Source: Macrostomum hystrix (lineage: Eukaryota; Animalia; Platyhelminthes). From it: 64,000 bases of DNA. Shown here in pieces: positions 49,101 to 60,912 of the stretch. Position numbers and translations under genes: made by a program. The DNA lies in contig CATNEN010000008.1 in assembly GCA_950097015.1 (NCBI GenBank), positions 4,587,650-4,651,649 on the forward strand, written 5' to 3'. Position 1 is the first letter of the stretch, and each line of letters begins with the position of its first letter. The notes beneath the pieces are model-generated. The model did no database searches and was not told the origin of the DNA. It was given only the letters and a program-made list of their open reading frames with translations.

Positions 49101-49382
49101 GCCAAACTTTACAAAAGCCACGCCAAACTCTACCAAACCACGCCAGACTCTACCAAACCCCGCAAAACTCTACCAAACCCCGCCAAACTCTACAAAACCA
49201 CACCAAACTCTACCAAACCCCGCAAAACTCTACCAAACCCCGCCAAACTCTACCAAACCCCGCCAAACTCTACCAAACTCCGTCAAACTCTACCAAACTC
49301 TCCGAAACTCTTATGTCACACAGGCCTCAATCTCTCATCTCCCTCACCGGATTCTTGACCCTGTATCGTCCTCGTCAGCCAT
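46178..49382 (-). CDS. Caspase, ~274 aa from ATG 49382; exons 49382-49348 (open upstream to an acceptor, exon start 49418), 47522-47196, 46640-46178
   Basis: GFCLIININ, CRDGSEFD, CFVCFLMAHG (catalytic His), KPKIFFVQACRG (catalytic Cys), SDFLFCYA, YRDPGRGSVFIQTLC. Phase-2 introns are consistent. Confidence 0.93.
47012..47152. repeat. Short tandem repeat with ~8 CCAAT boxes (AGCCAGCCAATSAGATT) in caspase intron
   Basis: Direct sequence. Confidence 0.8.
47875..49305. repeat. 10-bp satellite (ACCAAACTCT)n with degenerate blocks, in caspase intron
   Basis: Tandem periodicity; source of ORFs 47797 and 48638. Confidence 0.97.
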
Positions 49383-49990
49383 GCCGGTAGTTGAATTCAG
49401 TACATAGTTAACTGGCTCCTGTTCAAATCTATGAATGAGGATTTAAGAATTGAGGATTAAAACCTAGGTTAATGAGCTAGGCAACTCACACAAACGCTCA
49501 CTCGTTTTGTTCGTCAGATGTGACGTCGTCGGCAATGGGCAAGATTTTTTGGCTAAAAAAAATTTTTTACGATTAAATTCCACGTTGAGTAAATCTTTGA
49601 GCTTTATTAGTTTCAAAACAAGAGAAAAGTTTTTTTTGGATAATTCTCTTACTCATTGCCAACATCGAGGCTGAAGAAGTCCTTGCCTTTGTATCTGGAA
49701 TTTTTTTGCGGAAATAGAGGCTAAAGCGTTAAAATTTGTAACTTCGAGAAGCATTCGTAGAAAAAATCTATCAATCTGTTTTAAAGCGTTAAAACAGTTC
49801 TCAGTTTTTGAAAATTTTTGAAAGTTTCAACAGTTCTTGAAAAGGTCTGCATTTTTTCAAACAGTACTTTAGTTTTTCTTAAACTTTTCTCAAATTTTTA
49901 TCCATCTGTTCTCAAACAGTTCTCAATATGTTATCAACAGCTGTCCTCAAATTTCTCTGAACCTGTTCTCAAACTGTTCTCAAACTGTTC

Positions 49991-52987
49991 TTAAACTTCT
50001 CGGCACCTCTGCAGCAGGGCCAGCGTGTCGGAGCTGCCACTTTTAGCTGCGGCACTCTCGGCTGTCTGGCCCTTGGCGTCGCGCAGCGTCCAATTGGCCC
50101 CCCAGCTCCAGCAGAGCCCTGGCTGTCTCGTCTTTGCCAGCCGACGCGGCTTCCATAAGCGGCGTCCCCACCGTCCTGATCGCTAGCGTTGACGAACGCC
50201 CCAACGTTAATCAGCAGCCGGACAGCCTCGGTGGCGCCGGCCGAAGCTGCCGCGTGCAGAGCACCGTCCACGCCACTGCGCTGCCCGACGTCGCGTCGGC
50301 GCCCAGTTCGTCGATTAGTCGAGGCAGGCTGTCGAGGCAGGCCGGCGACTCGGCGCTGCGCCGAACCAAGCAGCTCAGGCAGGTGTGAAACCACTGGGCG
50401 TGCGGCCAGTCGCAGTTTAACCGGGTGGCGACTCGCAGGAATTCGGCAGGTGGCGCGTAATTTGCCAGCCGCATCAGGTCTTTGGCCTCCTGCTTCTCCT
50501 AAAAGAGGCAACAGCCAAGAAATGAAACTGAAAGAAGCTTTTCCTACTGGAAGAAGATTTCACCCATAAAATCTATATTTTACCTGTCAAATAAAGATTT
50601 GCACGACGGTTCTCAAAATGTTCTCAAACTTCTCTTAACCAGTTTTCCATCTGTTCTCAACCAATTTTCAATATGTTCTCAAACTGCTCTCAAACTCTTC
50701 TCAAACTGTTCTCAAAGTTCTCAACCAGTTTTTAATCTGTCATATTAGGACTTCATATGTTTAAAAGACTGTTGAACGCTTTTTAAAAGAAGATTTCGCC
50801 TTCTGTTACTCTGCAGACTCACCTTGAATGTCAAGCCGCGAATTTCTCTGAAAGAAGAAAGTTCAGAGATTTGAAGAAGGATGTAAAACGAAAGTAGTTC
50901 AACACGTGAATTCAAGAAGCCCCGTGAAGCGCTCACATTCGAATGACCTCAGCCAGCTCGGCGTGTCCCGCCGACTCGGCCAAGTCCGCCGCCGAGCAGC
51001 CACTTCGATCTTTTGCTCCTAGCAGCGCCTTCCTCTTCTCCCGCCTGCGCCGGTGCCTGAGCAGGTGCAGCAGGTGGCGCGCGCAGGCCCACTGGCCGGC
51101 CATCGCCGCCTCCATCAGCGGCGTTCGACCGGCGAGATTGGCGGCAAACTTCACAGGGCCGCTGGCGGCATCATCAAAGGGCAGCGCAGCCAATAGGCGC
51201 AGGTTGCCGGCACGGGCGGCCAAATGAGCGGCGTTGTCGCCGGTGGCTTTGTCGGCGGACCTCGGGCTGGTGCCGCGTTCCAGAAGCAGTTCGACGCATT
51301 TGAAATAGCGCCAGCTGGTGCTGACGGCCGAGGCTGCCAGCATCAGCGGACTGCGGCCTTCGGCTCGAGTGCGGCATCGGCAGTTGGCAGGTAGGGCCAG
51401 GCGTCTCAGCTGAGCATAGTTCTCATCGACTGTGAGCTGGCCGAGGCGTTTTGCCATCTTCGTGAATGATTTCAAAGGGTCGAAGGCGAAATTGCTGTTA
51501 ATGTCATTATGCCAGATTTGATTCCAATAGCTACAGTTCGCCCAGCTGTAAAATGAGGTTGCAGCGGTCCTGAGTTCGAATCCATTATGAAGTCGTTACA
51601 TCTGGAGGGTCACAATCTACGGCTCAGAGACTGACTTTCAATAAGAAGTAAAGTACGTGTCAGTTTTTTACAAAGAAACATTTGTACTTTATCAACGACC
51701 ATTACATACAGACCACTGGCCTGTTAAGCTGAGCAATGTCCAATTCGACGGACCACTGACCTGTTAGACAGACCACTGACCTGTTAGACAGACCACTGAC
51801 CTGTTAGACAGACCACTGACCTGTTAGACAGACCACTGACCTGTTAAGACAGACTTCTGATCTGTTAGACAGACCACTGATCTGTTAGACAAACCACAGA
51901 TCTGTTAGACAGACCACTGACCTGTTAGACAGACCCCTAATCTATTAGACAGACTACTGATCTGTTAGACAGACCTCTGATCTGTTAGACAAACCACTGA
52001 TCTGATAGACAAACCACTGATCTGTTAGACAAACCACTGACCTGTTAGACAAACCACTGATCTGTTAGACAAACCACTGATCTGTTAGACAGACCACGGA
52101 TCTGTTAGACAGACCACTGACCTGTTAGACAGACCACTGACCTGTTAGACAGACCACTGACCTGTTAGACAGACCCCTAATCTATTAGACAGACTACTGA
52201 TCTGTTAGACAGACCTCTGATCTGTTAGACAAACCACTGATCTGATAGAAAAAACCACTGATCTGTTAGACAAACCACTGATCTGTTAGACAAACCACTG
52301 ACCTGTTAGACAAACCACTGATCTGTTAGACAAACCACTGATCTGTTAGACAGACCACGGATCTGTTAGACAGACCACTGACCTGTTAGACAGACCACTG
52401 ACCTGTTAGACAGACCACTGACCTGTTAGACAGACCCCTAATCTATTAGACAGACTACTGATCTGTTAGACAGACCACTGATCTGTTAGACAAACCACAG
52501 ATCTGTTAGAGAGACCACTGATCTGTTAGACAAACCACAGATCTGTTAGACAGAGCGATGACCTGTTAGAGAGAGTACCAGTTTTTTCAGTTTTTCAGTA
52601 ACAAAAACACTGACTGCACTACTTAAACCATTTAGTAGCAGCTTTCTTATTTTAAGCAAGTAGCATTTGATTCCCAAAGCAGTGTGGCTTTGCCCTCTTG
52701 CACTTTCTGGTCGCAGACACTTCTCTATATTGCTAATCTATTTTTTTATTTTACTTCTTTATTGGCAGCAAAGGGCTGAGCAATCAGGGCCTCAGTATGT
52801 CTAAGTTCGCTCACTGTTTAAGCCTGCGTGAGCCAATTTCCTGCAGCCCAAAGACTGAGGCAGCTGAGATGTACATGTCGGACAGTGTATCGATATGGTA
52901 AAATGATTTTCTCCCTCACTTAGAAGAGCAGGAGCAGAACAACTCCTGATTGCCTTCAAGGCCTCTACTAATGTCCCCATCTGCCAT
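49991..52987 (-). CDS. Ankyrin-repeat protein; exons 52987-52920 (tentative first exon), 51530-50937, microexon 50847-50823, 50498-49991 (three apparent frameshifts in the last exon)
   Basis: GRSPLMLAAS, GDNAAHLAARAGN, GRTPLMEAAMAGQ, GCSAADLAESAGH, ALHAAASAGATEAVRLL, TPLMEAASAG ankyrin motifs; junction phases consistent. The last exon needs indel corrections near 50290, 50167 and 50100, so it is either a pseudogene or contains read errors. Confidence 0.78.
51712..52575. repeat. 20-bp minisatellite (GACCACTGAYCTGTTAGACA)n with an internal ~300-bp block duplication
   Basis: Tandem periodicity. Confidence 0.95.
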
Positions 52988-53339
52988 GTCCTTTGTACGC
53001 GCCTGAAATGCAATTCTCCCTAATTCAGTGTTCGATCCCAATTTTTTTGTCGGTCGTCGCAATCTGGTTTTGGGTGGCCAGCGAGTTGGGGACTTTTCTC
53101 CCATTCTGCTCCTCTTTTTTGACAGGCGAATGCGCAAATGTTGATGCACTTTTGTATGTGTTAGAAATGGTCGATAAGTAATTTAATAGTATCGATCACG
53201 AGTCGAAAGTACGCGAATTTTTTTTAAACAGATTTGGCGGAAGTTTTAAAACCTTACTAAACTCAAGATCGATATTAATAGACTCAAGAAAATTATTCAG
53301 TTCTGCATGTTGGAAATTTGACACATGCCGCTGCGATCA

Positions 53340-54052
53340 CATCTGTTAGATAGATTCGTTACCTGTTAGACAGATTCGTTACCTGTTAGACAGATTCATT
53401 ACCTGTTAGACAGATTCGTTACCTGTTAGACAGATTCGTTACCTGTTAGACAGATTCGTTACCTGTTAGACAGATTCGTTACCTGTTAGACAGATTCGTT
53501 ACCTGTTAGACAGACCACTGACTTGTTAGACATGGGAACTGATAGACAGGGAACTGAGTGTTAAACAAGGAACTGACCTTTTAGACAGGGAATTGACCTG
53601 TTAGACATGGGAACTGACCTTTTAGACAGGAAAACGGACCTGTTAGACATGTCTAACTGACCTGTTAGACATGGGAACTGTCCTGTTTAGACATGGGAAC
53701 TGTCCTGTTAGACATGGGAACTGTCCTGTTAGACATAGGAACCAACCCGTTAGTTCCGGGAAACTGACCTGTTAGACATGGGAACTGACCTGTTAGACAT
53801 GGGAACTGACCTGTTTAGACATGGGAACTGACGTGTTTAGACATGGGAACTGACGTGTTAGACATGGGAACTGACCTGTTAGACATGGGAACTGACCTGT
53901 TAGACATGGGAACTGACCTGTTAGACATGGGAAATGACCTGTTAGACATGGGAACTGACGTGTTAGACATGGGAACTGACCTGTTAGACATGGGAACTGA
54001 CCTGTTAGACATGGGAACTGACCTGTTAGACATGGGAACTGACCTGTTAGAC
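53340..54052. repeat. 20-bp (GATTCGTTACCTGTTAGACA)n grading into 21-bp (TGGGAACTGACCTGTTAGACA)n minisatellite
   Basis: Tandem periodicity; source of ORFs 53793, 53815 and 53843. Confidence 0.95.
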
Positions 54053-54589
54053 TTGGTATCAGCAAGCAGCAGAAAAGTAATGAAGCCTACAAAAGTAGTT
54101 ATAAAATCTACCAAAATGTCACATAAAACACACCTTTGTGCCAGAATCTTTCCCAGGCTTGCTGTTCGACTTGCAAATATTCTGCATTGAAGGACGCCAT
54201 GTTTAGTTTTTAAGCCAGAAAAAAATTTCAGATGCCTTTTGTGTCAAATGAGTTCTCTGCGAGAATTGTCTGTGTAACACCCACCTTTATGCTCTAGCTG
54301 GAAGTACCTAGACTGCCCTGCTCAAACTGCTAGTCTACCGCGCAGAGTAGAATATGCACGGAGTTACAAGTACAATGAAAAGGCTGGCCAGCCTATGATG
54401 AGGCTGAAATGCTGAATAAAATGTACTATTGTGCAAGCAGCAATCTAAAGGCCCAGCATATTTTAATGTACACAGCTTTTTCTACCACTCTAATCTCACA
54501 CTAAACTCTTATCTTTTGAAATCCCTCACTCAATTCTCACCTTAAGTTCTTATCTTCTAGAATCTCATCGTATAATCTCACCCCAAACT

Positions 54590-55080
54590 CTGCTAACTTA
54601 AAAGCTCATCGACTAATCATACCCCAAACTCTCATAATCTAAATCTCATAGTCAAGTCTCACCCTAGACTTTCATCATCTAAAATCTCATAGTCTAGTCT
54701 CACCCTAGACTTTCATAATCTAAAATCTCATAGTCTAATCTCACCCTAGACTTTCAAAATCTAAATCTCATAGTCTAATCTCACCCTAGACTTTCAAAAT
54801 CTAAAATCTCATAGTCTAATCTCACCCTAGACTTTCAAAATCTAAAATCTCATAGTCTAATCTCACCCTAGACTTTCAAAATCTAAAATCTCATAGTCTA
54901 ATCACACCCTAGACTTTCAAAATCTAAAATCTCATAGTCTAGTCTCACCCTAGACTTTCATAATCTAAAATCTCATAGTCTAATCTCACCCTAGACTTTC
55001 ATTATCTCAAATCTCATAGTCTAATCTCACCCAAAACTTTCATTACTACCTAAAATTGCATAGTCTAGTCTCAGCCAAAA
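54590..55080. repeat. 41-bp minisatellite (TCTAAAATCTCATAGTCTAATCTCACCCTAGACTTTCAAAA)n
   Basis: Tandem periodicity, ~11 copies. Confidence 0.92.
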
Positions 55081-55519
55081 CTCTCTTCTGTGACAATGTC
55101 AGGGGCTGCTGCTGCTGTCTCCCAAACGATCAATCATGCCAGACGCGCACAAAAATGTGAGCCGAATCTCCCTTCTCCCTTCGAATTCTCCGCTGAAGCA
55201 GCAACGGAAGACGATAAATGCCAGCCGCCAACGTTTTGCTTTTGTTTAGTAACCAAGCGCCGATTTAAGTGACGCGTTGCGGCATTCTCGTTTTAACGAA
55301 TCCGCGGCATTTTTTGCCACAAATGACTGTCATTTATCGGAGACCAAAGTTATTTACCCCATAATATAATCGCATACTAATATGTATAAACCTATAGTGC
55401 AACACGCCGTCAAGTGACGACCTCAAGAATAGGAAATTGTCAAACTATTTATTTGTTTTGGCTAGATAGGCTCCACTGGTGCCGTTATCTTCATGAAATA
55501 TGAATAGTGCGAGGCTACT

Positions 55520-57920
55520 GTCTGTCTACTGTTTCTCCCAGCTGTTTATCTCTCTCCTGCTTATCTATCTCCTGTTTATCTCTCTCCTGTTTATCTCTCC
55601 TCTCCATTTTATCTCTCTCTCCTGTTTATCTCTCTTAACTGTTTATCTCTCTCCTGTTTATCTCTCTCCTGTTTATCTCTCTACTGTTTATCTCTCTCCT
55701 GTTTATCTCTCTCTCCTGTTTATCTCTCTACTGTTTATCTCTCTCCTGTTTATCTCTCTCTCCTGTTTATCTCTCTACTGTTTATCTCTCTCCTGTTTAT
55801 CTCTCTCTTGTTTATTCTCCCTCTCCTGTTTATCTCTCTCTTGTTTATCTCCCTCTCCTGTTTATATCTCTACTGTTTATATTCTCTACTGTTTATCTTT
55901 CTCTCCTGTTTATCTCTCTCCAGTTTATCACTCTCTCCTGTTTATCTCTCTCTACTGTTTATATTCTCTCTACTGTTTATCTCTCTCCTGTTTATCTTTT
56001 TCTCCTGTGTATCTCTCTCTACTGTTTATCTCTCTCTCCTGTTTATCTATCTCCTGTTTATCCCTCTCCCTTTTTATTTCTCTCTACTGTTTATCTCTCT
56101 CTACTGTTTATCTTTCTCTACTGTATATCTCTCTCTACTGTTTATTTCTCTCTACTGTTTATCTCTCTCTACTGTTTATCTTTCTCTACTGTATATCTCT
56201 CTCTACTGTTTATTTCTCTCGTCCTGTTTATCTCTCTCTACTGTTTATCTTTCTCTACTGTATATCTCTCTCTACTGTTTATTTCTCTCTACTGTTTATC
56301 TCTCTCTACTGTTTATCTCTCTCCTGTTTATCTCTCTCCTGTTTATCTCTCTCTACTGTTTATCTCTCTCTACTGTTTATCTCTCTCCTGTTTATCTCTC
56401 TTCTGTTTATCTCTCTCTTCTGTTTATCTCTCTCTACTGTTTATCTCTCTCCTGTTTATCTCTCTCCTGTTTATCTCTCTCTTCTGTTTATCTCTCTCTA
56501 CTGTTTATCTCTCTCCTGTTTCTCTCTCTCCTGTTTATCTCTCTCTTCTGTTTATCTCTCTCTACTGTTTATCTCTCTCTACTGTTTATCTCTCTCCTGT
56601 TTATCTCTCTCTCCTGTTTATCTCTCTCTACTGTTTATCTCTCTCCTGTTTATCTCTCTCCTGTTTATCTCTCTCTACTGTTTATCTCTCTCCTGTTTAT
56701 CTCTCTCCTGTTTATCTCTCTCTACAGTTTATCTCTCTCTACTGTTTATCTCTCTCTACAGTTTATCTCTCTCCTGTTTATCTCTCTCTACAGTTTATCT
56801 CTCTCTACTGTTTATCTCTCTCTACAGTTTATCTCTCTCCTGTTTATCTCTCTCTACTGTTTATCTCTCTCCTGTTTATCTCTTTCCTGTTTATCTCTCT
56901 CTACTGTTTATCTCTCTCCTGTTTATCTCTCTCTTGTTTATCTCCCTCTCCTGTTTATCTCTCTCTTGTTTATCTCCCTCTCCTGTTTATATCTCTACTG
57001 TTTATATTCTCTACTGTTTATCTTTCTCTCCTGTTTATCTCTCTCCAGTTTATCACTCTCTCCTGTTTATCTCTCTCTACTGTTTATATTCTCTCTACTG
57101 TTTATCTCTCTCCTGTTTATCTTTTTCTCCTGTGTATCTCTCTCTACTGTTTATCTCTCTCTCCTGTTTATCCTCTCCTTTTTATTTCTCTCTACTGTTT
57201 ATCTCTCTCTACTGTTTATCTTTCTCTACTGTATATCTCTCTCTACTGTTTATTTCTCTCTACTGTTTATCTCTCTCTACTGTTTATCTCTCTCCTGTTT
57301 ATCTTTTTCTCCTGTGTATCTCTCTCTACTGTTTATCTCTCTCTCCTGTTTATCTATCTCCTGTTTATCCCTCTCCCTTTTTATTTCTCTCTACTGTTTA
57401 TCTTTCTCTACTGTATATCCTCTCTCTACTGTTTATTTCTCTCTACTGTTTATCTCTCTCTACTGTTTATCTTTCTCTACTGTATATCTCTCTCTACTGT
57501 TTATTTCTCTCTACTGTTTATCTCTCTCTACTGTTTATCTTTCTCTACTGTATATCTCTCTCTACTGTTTATTCTCTCTACTGTTTATCTCTCTCTACTG
57601 TTTATCTTTCTCTACTGTATATCTCTCTCTACTGTTTATTTCTCTCTACTGTTTATCTCTCTCTACTGTTTATCTCTCTCCTGTTTATCTCTCTCCTGTT
57701 TATCTCTCTCTACTGTTTATCTCTCTCCTGTTTATCTCTCTCTACTGTTTATCTCTCTCCTGTTTATCTCTCTCCTGTTATCTCTCTCTACTGTTTATCT
57801 CTCTCCTGTTTATCTCTCTCTACTGTTTATCTCTCTACTGTTTATCTCTCTCTACTGTTTATCTTTCTCTACTGTATATATCTCTTAACTGTTTATCTCT
57901 CTCTCCTATTCATCTCTCTA
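55520..57920. repeat. Pyrimidine-rich 14-17-bp satellite (CTGTTTATCTCTCTC[TA])n with internal block duplications
   Basis: Tandem periodicity; source of ORFs 55500 and 55808. Confidence 0.96.
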
Positions 57921-58994
57921 CTCTTTAACTCTCTTCTTTTTGTCACCCATGCCCTATCTTTTCTCTCATTGTCAAACTGTTTGTTTTATATAAAAAAATC
58001 AAGAATGAAATCGCTTCACATGCTTTCAATTGCCACAGAAGAGATTGACCAGACTAGGCCCATTGATGAAGTGGCCAGAGAAGCTAATTTGAGCACAGAA
58101 TTAGCATAATGATGGTGTTCTGATTGGCAGGCTTCCCCTTAATCTCTCTTAGGGATTTATTGGGATTCTTCTGAGATGAAGAAGAGACCAAAGCGGAAGA
58201 AAATTCGCAAACAGAAATTGCTGTTGAAGGTTTTGTCCTCTGCACAGACTGCTACCTCAGTTTTCCTGGTATTCTTGAAGCAGACAATGACATTCAGACT
58301 CGTTGAAACTGAATTTAACAGTTCTGCCGTTGAAAAACAACGAAATAATGCTAAACTGATGGGTCACTAGGGTCAGAGGAGGGACTTCCATGGCCCAATT
58401 CTGCGATTAGAGAATTATAAGCAGAGAGAGAGAGAGTGAAAGAGGCGGCGGTGCGAGAGAAGACGGGGGAGGCGGTAAGAGGAGCGCGAAAAGGATGAAT
58501 CAATGCGTCCCAGTTTGGGATAAATTCTGCCAGAAGTAAAGACAGCAGGAGATGAAGGTGGAGTTGCTCTGCCTGAAATCTGCCGAGTGGAAAGCTGAGG
58601 AGATTAAATCGATGCCGATCAGCGTCTGGGACAGCTGGCAATGGACGGTTGCCCACCCGTCTGCTCACTTCCGTTGGCCTTTTAAGGAATTTAAGCAGTT
58701 TCTGAGCACAGGATAGATAGATAGAGGCTGCCTGAGATTCTTGGAGGCTGCGAAGTGGAACTCAAATTAGCTTGGGATGAAGATTTTCTGTCCCAAGATT
58801 TGCTGTTTGCTGTCGATCGCTCAACAGGAGTCGGCGGCCGCCAGGGGTCGAAGTCCCTCATGGCGGGGTCATTTTGAGTTCATTTCTATAGTGTCAATTT
58901 TGTTTTACTATACTTGGAGACTTTTTAATGACAGTAGAAAACTAAAAATCTTAGATGTGTTATCGTCAGACTAAATCGCTTCTATCAATTTCAG

Positions 58995-59938
58995 ATGGAC
59001 TGTAATGTTAGTGGATGGCTGTAATGTTAGTGGATGGCTGTAATGTTAGTGGATGGACTGTAATGTTAGTGGATGGCTGTAATGTTAGTGGATGGCTGTA
59101 ATGTTAGTGGATGGCTTGTAATGTTAGTGGATGGCTGTAATGTTAGTGGATGGCTGTAATGTTAGTGGATGGGTTGTAATGTTAGTGGATGGCTGTAATG
59201 TTAGTGGATGGCTGTAATGTTAGTGGATGGGTTGTAATGTTAGTGGATGGCTGTAATGTTAGTGGATGGGCTGTAATGTTAGTGGATGGCTGTAATGTTA
59301 GTGGATGGCTGTAATGCTAGTGGATGGCTGTAATGTTAGTGGATGGCTGTAATGTTAGTGGATGGCTGTAATGTTAGTGGATGGCTGTAGTGTTAGTGGA
59401 TGGCTGTAATGTTAGTGGATGGCTGTAATGTTAGTGGATGAGTTGTAATGTTAGTGGATGGGTTGTAATGTTAGTGGATTTCTGTAATGTTAGTGGATGG
59501 GTTGTAATGTTAGTGGATTTCTGTAATGTTAGTGGATGGGTTGTAATGTTAGTGGATGGGTTGTAATGTTAGTGGATGGGCTGTAATGTTAGTGGATGGC
59601 CTGTAATGTTAGTGGATGGGTTGTAATGTTAGTGGATGGGTTGTAATGTTAGTGGATGGGTTGTAATGTTAGTGGATGGGTTGTAATGTTAGTGGATGGC
59701 TGTAATGTTAGTGGATAGGCTGTAATGTTAGTGGATGGGTTGTAATGTTAGTGGATGGCTGCAATGTTAGTGGATGGGTTTGTAATGTTAGTGGATTTCT
59801 GTAATGTTAGTGGATGGGCTGTAATGTTAGTGGATAGGCTGTAATGTTAGTGGATAGGCTGTAATGTTAGTGGAATGGGCTGTAATGTTAGTGGATGGGT
59901 TGTAATGTTAGTGGATTTCTGTAATGTTAGTTGATGGT
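58995..59938. repeat. 19-20-bp minisatellite (TGTAATGTTAGTGGATGGC)n
   Basis: Tandem periodicity. Confidence 0.96.
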
Positions 59939-60912
59939 TCTAATGCTATAGCAGGTGTGGCTGATGAAATTCAGTCAGTAGTCCTGCATAAAGGTTAAGC
60001 ATGTCCACTTGCAGTTAAAAATGCATTTGTTTATTGCTAAAAAACACTATACGCTAACAACTGGTCCTCTCGCTATAGAGCTATGGAGAATGCAAGTACA
60101 ATGACCACTGGCCAATAGAATACGATGCCATTCAGGATGTGCTTGTCCACAAATTTCTCTCTCTCTTGCCAATTTCATCTTTGAAAGCCTTCATCCAGCG
60201 TGAGGGTTCGGGGAGTTTTCTCCGTTCAGTTCTTCCTCAATCAGCCAGTTGGGCCCCAGATCTGTCGAGAATTCTTATAAGCTGAGGCAGAGCGATGTGA
60301 GCCCTGATAACCCAGGACGTGACCCAGCATCGGGAATCAGTTGCCTGCGTCTCTCTGAGCCAACAGAAGGGTCGCTGTCTTGAAATCTGGAGCAGGTCAG
60401 GGCAGACAGCACATCCACCTGGACGCCCTAGACCTACTTCGGAGAACGATGGATGACGAGGGAGCGGCCCTGATGTGACACCGGTTCACTGACGTCGCAA
60501 GTTCCTGTCCCCAAAGCAGCACTCTATTATACTCGGTCTCAATCTTGCCGGTCAGCTCAGCCATCAGTTCCGGGACATCAGTGCCAGCGATGTCAGTTCA
60601 TTGGACTTCCGCATCTGCAGCGGACGCCACCGTCTCCATTGGGCGACCGAGTCAACCTGTGCCTCAGAAAGTCCTGCAATAGCGGTGAGACCACTTTTTA
60701 CTGGGAAATTGAAACTGACGACGTTTTAATCGGCGTCAGCAAACCAAATTGCATCCATGCAGACGTCACATCACCATTTGCTGCTTTGAAACCATTTGCT
60801 GGTTGTGACGCCATTTGTTGATGCGACCATCGTTTGTTTGATATGCATGCTTTTAAACGTAGAAAGATGTTTTTTCTGGGCACTTGACTTAGCTGCAGGA
60901 GCTGCTAAGTCA

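Noticed and set aside
47797-49407. 536-aa and 250-aa STKLYQTLPN ORFs
   Set aside because: 10-bp satellite on the antisense strand of a caspase intron.
49418-50498. Ankyrin-caspase fusion protein
   Set aside because: The ankyrin frame terminates (50043, or 49991 after indel correction) and has its own AATAAA; no suitable in-frame donor was found.
55500-58109. 869-aa and 706-aa hydrophobic ORFs
   Set aside because: Translations of the CT-rich satellite; not membrane proteins.
58040-58720. Short acidic or Trp-rich peptide stretches after the CT satellite
   Set aside because: All frames are interrupted by stops and no consistent splice path or motif was found.
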